This document shows positions 27,602 through 40,885 of a stretch of DNA of 64,000 nucleotides, in pieces. The DNA is from Octopus sinensis. Its lineage: Eukaryota. The stretch's first letter is position 1, and each line of letters starts with the position of its first letter. The DNA lies in NCBI RefSeq assembly GCF_006345805.1, contig NC_043001.1:80724001-80788000 (forward strand), read 5' to 3'. The notes under the pieces were generated by a model. The model was not told the origin of the DNA, ran no database searches, and worked only from the letters and a program-made list of their open reading frames with translations. The translations under genes were made by a program, and so were the position numbers.

Positions 27602-30051
27602 CACACACACACAATATTCCATGAATTGTGGATAATATATTTACTATTTAGTTGTCAGACTGAAATGAGTGGACTGTTTGCGCCGTCATTTTTCTGTACT
27701 TCACGCGCGTACGAATGCACGTCATTTTATTCAGTTATCCTGTGTGTTCCATGGTATAAAGTGTAGTAAAAATAAAGCTGGATTCAGAGAAGAAAAAAAA
27801 GCGACTTATTTATACATTTGAATCGTAGATATGGTATTCTGGTGATCTGACGAGTTAACTTTGTTTGCATCAATTTGTGACTATACGATTGTATTGTATG
27901 ATGCTGAACACACATACGTACGTGTAATTTTGAATACTGTAATTAATATTACACACAGCGTTATGTAGGTTACGAAACGGCTGTAATCATATGAGAGTCA
28001 TATGGAATAAATAAAATCTATATTTACCTTTCACGCCTCTTCAAGCTTATATATGGGCCCACGTGAGACACAGCAACTCAACTCTCTCTCGCTTTGTATA
28101 ACTCTCAGTTTTTGAAGACCAAGTACCTTCTTCCGTATGCCCTTCTCCAGTCGAAGGAAGAACACATCTTACCCAACTACGCCCAAATCTATTGCTATCT
28201 TCTCTTTCGTCTTTCGAGAATATATGAAAGTTACCTTCATTTTGTTTTAATTTAATTTTGGAAAAAGAGTATATCATCTGCTTCGCACTTTCCCTGGTAA
28301 ATTTGTCGGGTAAAGAATCATTGCCATTTGTAATCTATTTCGTTCATTCATCCTTTAGTTTCAGCTAGCAGCTCAAATTATTTGCTCCTTTTGACCCACA
28401 GCCTTTGCAAAATATGGGGTGCTGTTGGTGGTGTTGGCTCGTAGGTTTTTTACAATTTCCATTCTAATTGTTTCTAACTCGATTTTCTTCTTTCATTGTT
28501 GATACTAGTTTCTGCTTGGAGCTCTGACCCGGATGTCTGACCCTCCACTCCACCCCCAAGGTGTCGCTAAACACCTGAAACGATTTTGAGCATTAAGGGT
28601 ACTGAATTATTAACAAACTGAATTACTGAAAAAGTGCGATAATTCAAGGCTTAAACTAGTTATTAATTTCCAGCCAAAGATCGATGCAAAAACGACTATT
28701 CACCAAACCTATTTCACATTAAATATGCTGACAATATCAATATAATATGACTGAATTTTTTTTATTTATCAATTTATCTTAGTATTTTCGTTAAATTTCT
28801 TTAAATATTTCTTATTAGAAAGCAATAATGACTCAAAGGAACGAAGGAATTATTGTTTTAAAATGAAGAAATGTTTTTACTTTTAGAAATTTGATGTCAG
28901 TTAGAATTGGGGTCAATTAGTTATCATTGACATGGAGCGATCACTGGTATAAGAAGTTTGCCGACTCCTAAGATATTCATCCTCGCTATTGTCGTACTTA
29001 GCTGCTTAAATAGAATGGTAGGGTAACTGCGCCGCTGTTATTATTCAATAGGAGCCTACTCTTTGTTCTTACAATATGCACAACGAAAAAAATAGCTAAT
29101 GAAGATCTCTATTTTTACACTAGCAGCTCTCAACATATCAGGCATGATGGTAATTCTGTGAGTGTCATAAAGAAATACTTTATAAAAATGCTAATGAGTA
29201 TCTTGTCTTTTACTTGCTTCAGCCAGCTGCCATGCTGGAGCAACAACTTGAAGAATTTTAGTCGAACGAAATCGACCTCACTACCTTTTTTTTTTTCTTT
29301 TTAAGCCTGGTACTTGTTCTGCCGGTCACTTTTGCCGAACCACTAAATGTAAACACACAAGCGGTGGGCGTGGGGTAGACACACACAAAGATCTATAATA
29401 TGCGACGGGTTTCTTTCAGTTTCTGTTTACCAAAGGCTTTGGTTGGGCTCAATGATCAAGGGTATAGTAGGAAACACTTGCCCAAGGTCCAACGCAGTGG
29501 AACAGAATCCGGAACCATGTGGCTAGGAAGCAAACTTATTACACACAGTCACGTCTATGCAAAAAAACACCCAAAACATGAAGGCTACAGGGCTAAAACA
29601 ACGTAACTCTCCACCACCACCGCCAATCAAAATCACACTAAACTGGGAAATATTTCAAATATTAACACTATTAATTTTTGGTTGCTTTTCTAAAAATATT
29701 AATAAATGGGAATACTAATTAGATGGGTCATGGTGTGCGACGGTTCAGCACTCCTAGTTTATACATTTTATCCCCGCTTTCTTGAGCTATGTGCAACTCC
29801 TCATTGTGTGTTTATGTGACTAACTGGTTATATCTGATTACTTTATAGTATGCTTGCTTTCATTTAGATGGCTGTCATTTCTGTTGGGTGTGGTTTATTC
29901 TCTTGCATGAGTGAATGTGTGCGTATACAGACACACACACACCGTACCCGCTCACCTTTCTCTTTTATAAACCTGACACTGCAACGGGTTTCACGTTATA
30001 CGAAAACATAACAGTCGCATAACTTGTCAAATGTTAAACGTAAACACACAC

Positions 30052-30100
<49 letters not shown>

Positions 30101-32087
30101 ATATATATATATTCATTTATTTATTTCTAAATAGTTTAGTGTTAACATATTTAATGTTGTGAGCATCGAATATCTAATTGGAAATAATTATGTTTTGGGG
30201 AAAGATAACGTTAGCTCAATTACTAATAATATTTTTATCATTTTCCGTAAGTAGGCAATGGCATGTTTTGTATAATTACCTCGCTTTGTAACTCTTTGGT
30301 TTTGGGTTTAGTACCACTGCGCAAGCACCTTGGGCAAATGTCTTCTATAGCCTCGGACCAACCAGTGCCTAGTGAATGAAGTTGTATGATGAAAACTGTG
30401 TATGTCTGTCGTGTGGTGGGTGTCTTTTCTGTTTGGTTGCACCTGTAGAAATTGTAAAGTTTAGTGAAAATTTTAAAATTTGGTGTATTGTAATTTTCCA
30501 TACTGAATGTCAAGGGCTAATTCACTTCTTACCAAATGTGTTTTGAGCATTTAACAAGCGCAAAATAACATTGTGGGTAAGCAGCTTGGCTTGTTATTAA
30601 GGAAACAGGCACTTATATATCTGTGGCTTTCGACTGGCTAAAATTATCCAAAATTTGCAAACTTTAACAGTATTAATTTATGTCGAAAATAAATTTCATG
30701 TCAATGATTATCATACAAAACTACATCAATACATCAAATATGAAATCAAAAGGAACAAAAACTGAATAAATTGAAAAGTGGCAGCCAAACAGAAAAGATC
30801 TTCTGCGTGTATGTAATCTTTGTGTGTCTGTTTATCCTCTCACACACACATACACACAAACCAAACCGCTTAATTTGTACCATTTTTTCTTCTACCGCTT
30901 TACAAGTAGCAGCCTACTTTTTACAACAAGACTTAGAACCGGTTTAGTAAAAGCACTCAAACTCGTATGTTTAGCCTATATCTACACTTTTATTTTATTT
31001 ATCCAAACTCTGAGATGCTAACGATAGCGCTGTTGTGAAAATTTGGACAGAGCAGTCTAATCTGAAACAGACTGAGCTGATCATCGTCATCGTTTTAACA
31101 TCTACGTTTACATGCATGGGTCTTTTCCTAAATACATAATTATTTCCCTCATTTTCCTTCCACTTTCACCCTCATCTTCCTCCCACATCATATATATATG
31201 TGTGTGTGTGTGCACGTATGTTTATATTTTACGTGTTTCTGTTATTGGACTACTGGTGTACTGCTTTGAAGGGTTTGGTTCACTAAATCTATCCCAGTAC
31301 TTAGTTCTGTCGGTCTCTTTTCTCCCGAAGTGCTAAGTTACTCGGACGTAAACAAACCAACACCAGTTGCCAAACAGTGATGGGGAACAAACGCATATAC
31401 ACTCATACTCCACATATATATATGTGTGTGTGTGTAGCACCTTGGGCAAGTGTCTTCTGCCATAATCTCGGATTGATCAAAGCTTTGTGAGTGAATTTGG
31501 CAGACGGCAACGGAAAGAAACCAGTCGCGTTTGCTCCCCACCACCGCTTGACTTGTGGTGGTGTGTACACATCCCAGTAACTTAGCGAATTGGCAAAAAA
31601 ATGCCAATAGAATAAGTACAAGAGTCGATGCGTTCGACTAAAACTTTTTAAGGCATTGCTGCAATCTAAATGATTAAAACAAGTAAAAGAGAAAATACAC
31701 CCACACGCAAACACACAACAGGCGTCTTTCAGTTTGCTAAATCCACTCACAAGGCTTTCTTTGACTCGGGGCTATAGTAGAAGCCACTTGCCCAAGATGC
31801 TACACAGTGGGACTGAACCCAAGAACCGTATGGCTGGTAAATTTTTTACCACGCAATCACACCCTCATCTCCCACATTTTCCTTTCCTCCCGCCTCATTC
31901 TCAATTTCCACCCTAATCCTTGTCTTCCTCCCATTTCGTCCTTCATTTTCATACTTATCTTTACCTTAAGTCTCTCTCATCATCATTTTGTTTTTTTCCA
32001 TGCTGTCAATCGATATATATTTAAAAGAAAAGACTCGCTGTGTACATGGCTGGATGAATTCAGTCTGATTTCATTAGCTTTACTTAC

Positions 32088-32330
32088 TGGAAGACGGCGG
32101 TGGATTGTGGCTGACGACGGGTGATGGGAGAGGACTGTTTTCTGAACGACACAGGCTCTGTCTGTGTCCACTTAATTATGCAAGTCTATCTTCGTTTCTT
32201 TCGGATGGCACCGCTCTCTTTCTCTCTCCTCCATTTCTTTCTTTTTCGTTATCTTCTTTCATTCTTTCTCTTTTTGCCCTCCATTAACCTTTTTCTCCAC
32301 ATACACTTACTCCAATCATGTCACTGATAA
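32088..32330 (-). other. Candidate non-coding first exon of a minus-strand gene (5' end uncertain)
   Basis: CpG-rich unique sequence ending in the consensus donor CCA|GTAAGT (intron starts at 32087). No upstream acceptor is evident and no in-frame ATG. Confidence 0.4.
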
Positions 32331-32469
32331 ACCGAAAGCCCTTATTAAACTAACGACTGTTGCTTGAGATTTGAGTCCTGTGATTTTTATCCACTCTCCT
32401 CTCACTGTTCTAAGTCTATGTTTCTGTCTCCCTCTCTCTGTTATTCCATCCTTCTCTCTTTCTCTCTCT

Positions 32470-32500
32470 AAACGCCGAGCGCGCGCTCAATATTGGTTCA
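32470..32500 (-). promoter_or_regulatory. Candidate promoter motifs: GAGCGCGCGCTC palindrome and CCAAT box
   Basis: 12-bp palindrome at 32477-32488 (NRF1-like GCGC core) and ATTGG at 32492-32496, embedded in (CT)n tracts upstream of the candidate minus-strand exon. Confidence 0.35.
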
Positions 32501-35079
32501 GATTTCTGTATCAAACACGACGCTTTTCTGTCTCTCTCTCACACTCTCTTTGTCTTTCATACACTTTTCCTCTCTCTCTCACATACTCTATCTCTCTTTG
32601 TCTCTCACACACATTCAAACACACACGTACACAAATATAAACAGCATAGGTTTAGATATTAAGTATTAACACTAATTTTGTTTGTGTAGCAGGTCGGACA
32701 ACCTTTATGAAGTCATTTGACTTGCTAGAAATATCAGCTAAACATTCCTCTATTTGATAGCGTAGTCGTGGCCCTAATAAATAACCATAGAAGTGCTCTC
32801 CTAGGGGTAATTTGACGCTTGACTACATCAGAGCTCTGACTCGAAAATAGCTTTATCTGTTAGCTCTGTCATATCTCCATGAAGATGGGCCACTGCGTTC
32901 TGGGTTCTAATCCAACCAATGTCAACGTTATCCTATATTTCTCCGTGGGGGCGGGTGTCGATTAAGATAAAATAAGATACGAAGAACTGTAATTGATAAT
33001 AATAAGCAAACCTTCCTCCCTTCAAAGTTTCTGGCATTGCACCAATGTTAGAAGCAGTAGATTAGTAGAATCGTTAAAGCGTTGAATAAAAGGCTTAGTG
33101 GTATTTATTTCCATTCTTTACATTCTGAGTTCAAGTCCTACCAAGGCCAGCTTTGCTGACATCCTTCTGGTTTCAGTAAAACAAAGCACCAGTTAATTAA
33201 CTTTCCTCCTACCTCAATAGTGTTTTTTTTTTTTTACCTCCATTTAAAAAAAAATTAATTGGCAGTACTTGAGCTGAACTACGCTCGAGAAATGATGTTC
33301 AGGACTTCATTATCCTGAATAGCTTCACGAAATTTGAGGATCATTTGCCTGTTGTTTCTGCCAAGTTAAGCAACCATATAAGATCCAGATTTTCCCTACC
33401 TATTTGCATTGAAAAGGCCCGAAAAAGTTTCTAGACGTTACCACTTGGCTTGCATTTTTTTTTATCGTGTGGACTAATTTGAGAAAATTTGGTAGCTATA
33501 TCTAACAGATCGAGTTACCACGTAAATCTTCATTATTTAGTCCCGTGAAAGTTCTAACTGAATAAAATGGAGGGTCAAACGGCATTCCTGCTTTGATTGC
33601 CTATCTTTTTTGGTAATATCTATATTCCCTTATCAAGACGGCAGGTGTGTGACTGGGAGGTTATTTTTATTTGGTTGGCATTTCTAGCCGGTCGGACGAC
33701 CGCATAGGGGATCCTCCTGGTTGCCATCCGAAGTATCAGCTATTTCATATTGTTTGGTGCCTTATATGTAACGAAATGTGAGTGTATATTATAGTAGTGT
33801 GTGAATGTTTACGCGCGCGTGTATTTATATATACACACACACACACACACACACTTCCCCTTCATTACTTTCTTCGAGCATCAAGCATATATATTCACCG
33901 TGAACGTCCTTTGGATTTCTGTTGTTTTTTGTGTTTGAATTCGTCGTTCGTTATCGATTATCCTGTGTGTGTGTGCCCTCACACACAGTGAACAACAAGC
34001 ATAGTTACATGTATGACACATGGTGTGTTTTACACAATCGTAAACCAAAACCCTTTTATATTACTCACTCGACATATTCTTAAAAGAAAGAAATATTCCC
34101 AAAGAATTCCCTCAATTGATAAGCATCTGTCCTTCCTATCAGCCAGTTCCAAACCACAAACCTTCAAAGCTTTCTTCTGCATTCAAGCCTGAAAACACAG
34201 CATCAAGAGAGGTTCAAGCAGATGCCTGTATATAAGCAGTATCTATCTATATCGTATATCGACTCTGTTTGCGTGACATGTCACCTTCTATTATTACTAC
34301 CACCACAACCTCTTCTTAATGGGGTATTTTCGCTATTTTTACGTCCATGCTTCCATGAAAATGGTTTTTCCTTGGAGCAATCGTTTTTTTCTTCTTTTTT
34401 TTATCATTATTATTACTTCAAGACCTTTTGCTGCTTGCTAAGTCATTCAAGTGTGAAGTTTGCAGTTTGTTTTTAGAAAGGCAAGTAGATTTAATATGCC
34501 TTTATTTCCCACGATAATAATACAGAGGGCGTATAAAGATTTAGACTTGCGATTTGTATTTGGTTAATAATCCGGCACCTTAAATACACCTACCTCTTAA
34601 CACCTCCTATACATCATATGTATGTAATGTACGAATACACTAGCTTTGGATTTTTTTCTCATTTGATTCGCAAAGCCCGATTTACTTTTCTTTCTTTTAT
34701 ACAAAAGGTAGAAGAAAATTAATAGGATCTGATTATCTAAAATTACTTGAAATGTTAATCTGTAGTGGTTAGCAATTTTTTTGTTATTATTGATTTTTCC
34801 AAAAATTCATGTGATTTGGGTAATTAACTTGCAAGATCACATCTCATTTTATCTATTTCATTGTTTGTCATTGTACTGTGGCTGTGCTGGGGCCACTGCA
34901 CTGAAAGGTTTTAGTTTGAAGGCATATTAACTCCAGTACACGACTGCAGTGCTTTTTTTTTTAAAGTCTGTTACTTATTGTATTGAAAACATCAGCCGAA
35001 CTGCGTAGCTACGGGTACGTAAACAAACCACCACCGGTTGTCAAATGGTTGTGGTGGCAAACATCAAGATGCATACATC

Positions 35080-35119
<40 letters not shown>

Positions 35120-35659
35120 TATATATATATAATTTCAGCAAAACAATTAAGATTCAAATGAATTCAAATGAATATGGTACTTAACTTAGATGCATCAGAA
35201 TTCTTTATGGTATTAACCATAAAATTATGTGGGGTGATTATAACCAAGAATGGATCATTCTTGTTACTTTTTTCTTGGTTATATATAATGAGAATCTGGG
35301 GCTTTTGAAAATGTACCCGAATCTCAAAACATACAGTCGTTTTTACATTTTGTTATAGATTTATTAAAATATTAAACCGGTTTCGACATTCGGTCTGTTT
35401 GGAGCTATAGTAGAAAGACACTTAAGTCAGAAACTACACGGCTGCAAAGCGAGCTCCTTAACCACGCACGAGTTCTGTGAAGAACACGGAAAAGATGTCT
35501 AGATTTATAGTTTGTGAGGATCTCTGCCAACAATGAAAACTATTTTAGATCACGATGGGGGTCCTCTCAACCAACTAGAAATAACATCGAATCTTCAAAT
35601 CTCACCTTTTATCTTTTTTTTTTCTTCTCTTCTCTCGGTCTTGTTATGTCTGTACTTTA

Positions 35660-35800
35660 CATTTGATAACGTGATGCTGTGTCGTCTACGCTTTCCTTTT
35701 GATCACACGATTGTGTATCGTCTGGTATTTCCATTTGATCACGTGATGCTGTGACGTCTACTCTTTCCATTTGATCACGTGATACGTGTCGTCTGCTAGG
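35660..35800. promoter_or_regulatory. Four 36-bp tandem units carrying (A)TCACGTGA(T) E-boxes
   Basis: Unit CATTTGATCACGTGATGCTGTGTCGTCTAC.CTTTC starts at 35660, 35696, 35732 and 35768. The perfect ATCACGTGAT palindrome is present in units 3 and 4. The repeat is certain; regulatory function is inferred. Confidence 0.6.
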
Positions 35801-36427
35801 TGTGCCTTCGAACAATGTATTTCTCCGTTCTGCCGTTACCCTTGTTTCCCCCTCTCCCCACACAACCTCCAGTTACTCTTTCGTCTCGTTTTCCCCCTTT
35901 CCAGATTTTTACATACATACACGTACGTATACATTCTTTCTAATAAATGTTTCTTGTGTGTCGTCTATTTTGAATTGAAGTTTAATGAGCAGAATAAATG
36001 CGAATTAAAGTATATCTCAAACATACACGCCATTTACTTTTTGTTGGTATCGTCTACATATAAATTACAATATCTGTTTATGCTTCTGTTAGTGTCTATA
36101 TCTATCTATTTCTCAGTACCTCTACTTATTTATCAGTATATCTATTCCTTAGACTGTCTATTTATCTCTCAGTATATTTATCAGTCTCTCTACATCTCTC
36201 AGTATATCCATCCTTCCATCTGTCTGTCTGTCATGTATCTGTCACTCATAATATATACGAATAAGCGCCGTAAAGTTTTAATAAAATATATTTTACAGAC
36301 TGCAAAACTAATCTAACTTTACCGAACTCTCAAGTAAAGTGGATAGATATGTTTATATTAAAAGTTGACTGACTACTCCGAGTTCTTATCCCCCACCCCC
36401 GGGGGTGCTGAACTGGTATCTATCAAC

Positions 36428-36519
36428 ATGGGGTTGTCAATGAAAAGCATAGCCATACAGAGAAAAAGTTTATCTCGGAAAACTAAATCAAAAATGGAGG
36501 AAAAGAGTTTATGTATAAA
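36428..36519 (+). CDS. Candidate first coding exon (MGLSMKSIAIQRKSLSRKTKSKMEEKSLCI-K, phase 2 donor)
   Basis: ATG at 36428 with in-frame ATGs at 36440 and 36494, a strong donor AA|GTGAGT at 36520, TATA-like tatattaaaag at about 36354, and CpG decay starting about 1.7 kb downstream. Product not recognised; could be a uORF in a UTR exon. Confidence 0.4.
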
Positions 36520-38552
36520 GTGAGTATTCTCGTCGACCCTAACGTATAAGACTCTAACAGCTAAATTAATGCCGCTGGACTTCCCATACAAATAATTTAT
36601 TTTTAGTGATGAATGCATGTGTAGGACTAGCTACATATTTTTTTTTTTTATGTGTGTGCACGTGCAAATGTTGACAAGAAAAAATTGCTGCAAATGTTAG
36701 CCACAAACTCAAATCAAGTATTTACGTACCTCACGCTTCTGGATCAGTTACCTTCGCCATCTCTTAACAGTAGAACCCACCTTGGTAGGCGACATGCGCA
36801 CCTTGGCATCAAATTAAATATTTTAAAAACTTCGCATATGCATGCATGGCTGTGTATCGCTTGAAACCGTTGTTTGTGTATGCACGTACCCGTGGCTTAG
36901 CGGTTCGGCAAAAAGGTCAGACAGAATAAGTACTGAGCTTTAGAAAAAATTAAATACTGGGGTCAATTGGTTCGACTAAATTCTTGAAGGCAGTACCCTA
37001 CCATCAGTTTAATGACATGCGTATGTATGTGTTCATACACACGTTTATATGTGTATATATGCATATCTCCGTGTGTCTAATTACCTACACATACACACTC
37101 AAATGAAATGTATTTTCTTTTCCCATTCAGTATTTTCTTCTTTCATTCATTCTCTATATGGAAATATAATTTTTTTTTTCCTGAAACCTTTATAATTCAC
37201 AGCCGCCATTATATAGCAGACGATACATCAAAAAGATATTTTCCTCATGACATATTTCCGTTTCTGTGTATTTTTAACTTCGTATATTTGATTGTTTCTT
37301 TCTTTTTCTTTTTTTCCTTTGTATCATTTCTTTTAAAAATGGTATTTTCTTAAATATCTTGCTTTTTATTTAAACGATTATTTTCGGTACGCTATATTTC
37401 TTTTTCCTTTACATTTTTGCTACTAAATAATTCAGCATGTCATATATACATACAAATATATATGTGTGTGTGTGTATATGTATAAAAGCTTTGAAACCGG
37501 ATTTAAACCTTAATCTTTTCATCAATTGATATTTTTCCCTTTTGTTATTCTAAAGGATTTTTCTATGAGTGTATGTGCATATATATATTGTGCCCAAGGC
37601 TTGCAACAATTTTATGTACTCTTTTATACAATTACAGCATGTATGTGTGTGTTTATATATATAAAGTCAAATCTCTTTTATGCTTTCACAACATAGTTAC
37701 CGTGCTGCGAATATTCAACGTCGATGATATTCATTCAAATTTTGCAGTGATAGAAGGTCCACCATAACCTTCGTACATACTCTAAACTTGGCTCGTAAAT
37801 TTTAGGGTTGTATTTTTTAAAATACAATATATGTAACTTCATAAAATACACTTTTGGAAGCTATCATATTTTTACTTAATTTCGCTGGATATATGTCGAA
37901 CAGAAAACTATGAGGGTGATTGCACAGAGCTACTCTTTATGTAATCCTGTTCACCTTACATTTATTTCATTCGTATAAATGAGACCCTCGGGGGAAACAA
38001 AATATATTGTCAGAATCACGGTTATTAAAACTCTTTGTTCTAAGTAGCCTGATAACCGTGTGTGTGTGTGTGTGTGTGGCTGACGTCATAAAAATTGATA
38101 AGCTTTTCAAGGGAATATGAAATCTCTTTTGGAATAATGGATCTTGAAGCACATATTATAAACGTCTGTATTATATTGGATGTAAAATGCTCTCATGCAA
38201 ACACCCAATGTACATTGTATCTTGTATATTGCATATGTTTATATACCAGAACCTTGTGAATAGATTTGGCAGGGCAAAACTCTAAGCCTATTATATTTAT
38301 AAGTGTATGTGTGTTTGTGTCTCCTTGTCTTGACATTGCTTGGTAGTTTATATATAAGTGGTCACTGCCATGCCCAGCAGTGACATTAGTTTCTTATATT
38401 CTACAAAAACATGTTTGGCCATGCAGAAAAAATATTACCTTGCTTGGAAACAGGTAAAGATTGGCAACAGGTTGGGCATCCTACTGCAAAAAAACTGGCC
38501 TCAATAAACACTATTTGGAAAAGTGGACATAAAAGCAATAATGATGATATTT

Positions 38553-38601
<49 letters not shown>

Positions 38602-38677
38602 TATGCAGGCTGAAACTTCGAAGTCACTGTCAGCACTATTGTTAAAGAATAATAAATATGTAGTCTATAAAAAGTTT

Positions 38678-39003
38678 TGAGTAAGCCTTCTGGAATATAA
38701 GGCATGCTTTTTCTCCAAAAAATTCCTCCTAAAAGTCACTCTGAACCTTGCGAGTGGAAGGTTAGGTTATAAGTTGACTTGGTTAGCGTTATTAATGGTG
38801 GAGGTTAGTGGTGATATTTGGTAGCGTTAAGTAACTTAGCCTACCATAATAGCTTACCAAAGGGCATCAATCTAAATTTTCATGGATCCTATACATTAAA
38901 ATGTCTGAGACATTCTGAGTTAGCTGCAGTTATTTCTTGATTTGACAGATTAGGTCTTCCAAGATTAAGGGGTGCCTTCCTTATATGCTTGAAAATATGA
39001 TTA
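38678..39003. mobile_element. pogo/Tigger-like MITE, CpG-decayed
   Basis: Left end gtaagccttctggaatataaggcatgc and right end gtgccttccttatatgcttgaaaatatga are degenerate inverted repeats of the CCGTATTTTC..ATATAAGGCGCAC type. Confidence 0.5.
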
Positions 39004-39006
39004 TAC

Positions 39007-39196
39007 ATGAGGGGGTGCTGAAAAGCTCCTGGTTTTAAAGGTGTCACAAAATGCCTGCTTGGAGGCCCAACTTTTGAGTTCTTTTACAGGGCTTAGAAAA
39101 GCTGAAGGACTGCTGCAATAAGTGTGTGAATGTAAGAGGAGAATATGTTGAATAAAATCATTAACTGATCCTCCTGTATTTTAGTATCCCCTCGTG
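39007..39196 (+). mobile_element. mariner-derived MITE (about 190 bp)
   Basis: TIRs TGAGGGGGTGCTGAAAA and TTTTAGTATCCCCTCG. Internally retains the transposase C-terminus KDCCNKCVNVRGEYVE*. Confidence 0.75.
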
Positions 39197-40529
39197 TGTT
39201 TGTATGTGTATATATATATATATATATATATACTTGCTTGTTTTTTTCCACCATAATTAGACACAAGATATTCTTTCTTGTAGCTCATTTTTTGATACTG
39301 TCATGTGCCATCCAAATCTTTGAGACTGTCTGTCTGTATGCTAGATACTGCAAAATAAGTTTTAATAATAGATATATATATTCATGTGCATATCTTTCCA
39401 ATCATTTTGCTATCAACTGTTTCTGAATTCATAAACCCTCACTAATCAAGCTGGCTAATTTGTGTTCTCGGTGATAAATCAAAAGTCAGAAAAATGAGAC
39501 AAGATGTCCTTACTGCTGAAAGATACTATATATATCCATGGAGATGTTGGAGACTTGAACCAGCAACAAGGACTACCAAGTTTGACAGTTGTTTTATATT
39601 TTGTATCTTTGCCACATTCTGATTTTACTTGTTTGTTCATCTGCATATATACCCATCTGCTTGCTTGTTATTCTCGTCATTTAAATCACAAATGATTTGA
39701 ACCGACATACTGTCCACTGTGTCTATATGTGCTGTGTATGTATATACATGTGTGTGCATATATACGTGTGTGTATATGTGCACACACACAATGAGTTAGA
39801 ATGTGTCAAATATATATGTACATACATATGCACATAACGAGAAGGTGATAACAGAGGCACACTTTTAAACATATGTGTGTGTGTATATGTACTTCTGTGA
39901 GTGTGTGTGTGTATATTTGTGTGTGCATATAACGGATAAGAATACAGCATATATATATATACACACACACATTCTGGGGAGATGATAACACAGGCACACT
40001 TGTAAACATAGTCACATGTGTTTGTGTGTGCATATACATTTATATATATATATAATGGCTAAGAATGCATCACACACACACACACACACACGCACACACA
40101 TAGAACAAGGTGGAGATAACACACTCACGCAAATGCATAGGAAGTGTGAAAGAGGATGTATATATATGAGTGAGACAGCCAGTAGGTAAAATCTGTCACC
40201 ATAGATTATTAACAAGACATCATAAAACAAAATGCATAGGGGAGAGAGGGAGAGAGAGACCATAAGACAGAGTGAGACCATAAGACGGCAAAAAAAAGAA
40301 GACAAAATAAAGCAAAAAACAAAACGCAAAATCAGATTGACTGACAGTTGAGTAACTATAGGGAGATACACATGAATATATAATTAGGGTTCATTTTTGT
40401 TTCAAGATGTCGTACATGGTGTACAATGTGAAGAACTTTATTAGATTTTTACCATAGAGTAACATCATATACTGATGAAGAGTGGCAATGATATAGGCAT
40501 CCAAATGGTACAGCAATACTGAAGCCTAT

Positions 40530-40829
40530 CTGCCTGCCTGCCTACCGACCTACCTACCTACATTCCTACCTACCTACCTACCTACCTTTCTGCCTACCTA
40601 TCTCTCTGCCTACTTACCTATCTGCCTGCCTACCTATCTATCTACGTACCTTTCTATCTACCTACGTACCTTTCTATCTACCTACATACCTACCTATCTA
40701 TCTACCTACCTATATATCTACCTACCTACCTATCTACATACCTACTTACCTATCTATCTATCTACATACCTACCTACCTATCTACCTACTTATCTACCTA
40801 CCTATCTACCTACCTACCTACCTACCTAC

Positions 40830-40860
<31 letters not shown>

Positions 40861-40885
40861 CCTACCTATCTATCTGCCTACCTAT
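40530..40885. repeat. Compound (CCTA)n/(TCTA)n microsatellite
   Basis: Directly visible. Confidence 0.95.

Noticed and set aside
35660-35800. CRISPR-like repeat spacing
   Set aside because: Whole 36-bp units are homologous with no unique spacers, and the context is eukaryotic; this is a tandem repeat, not a CRISPR array.
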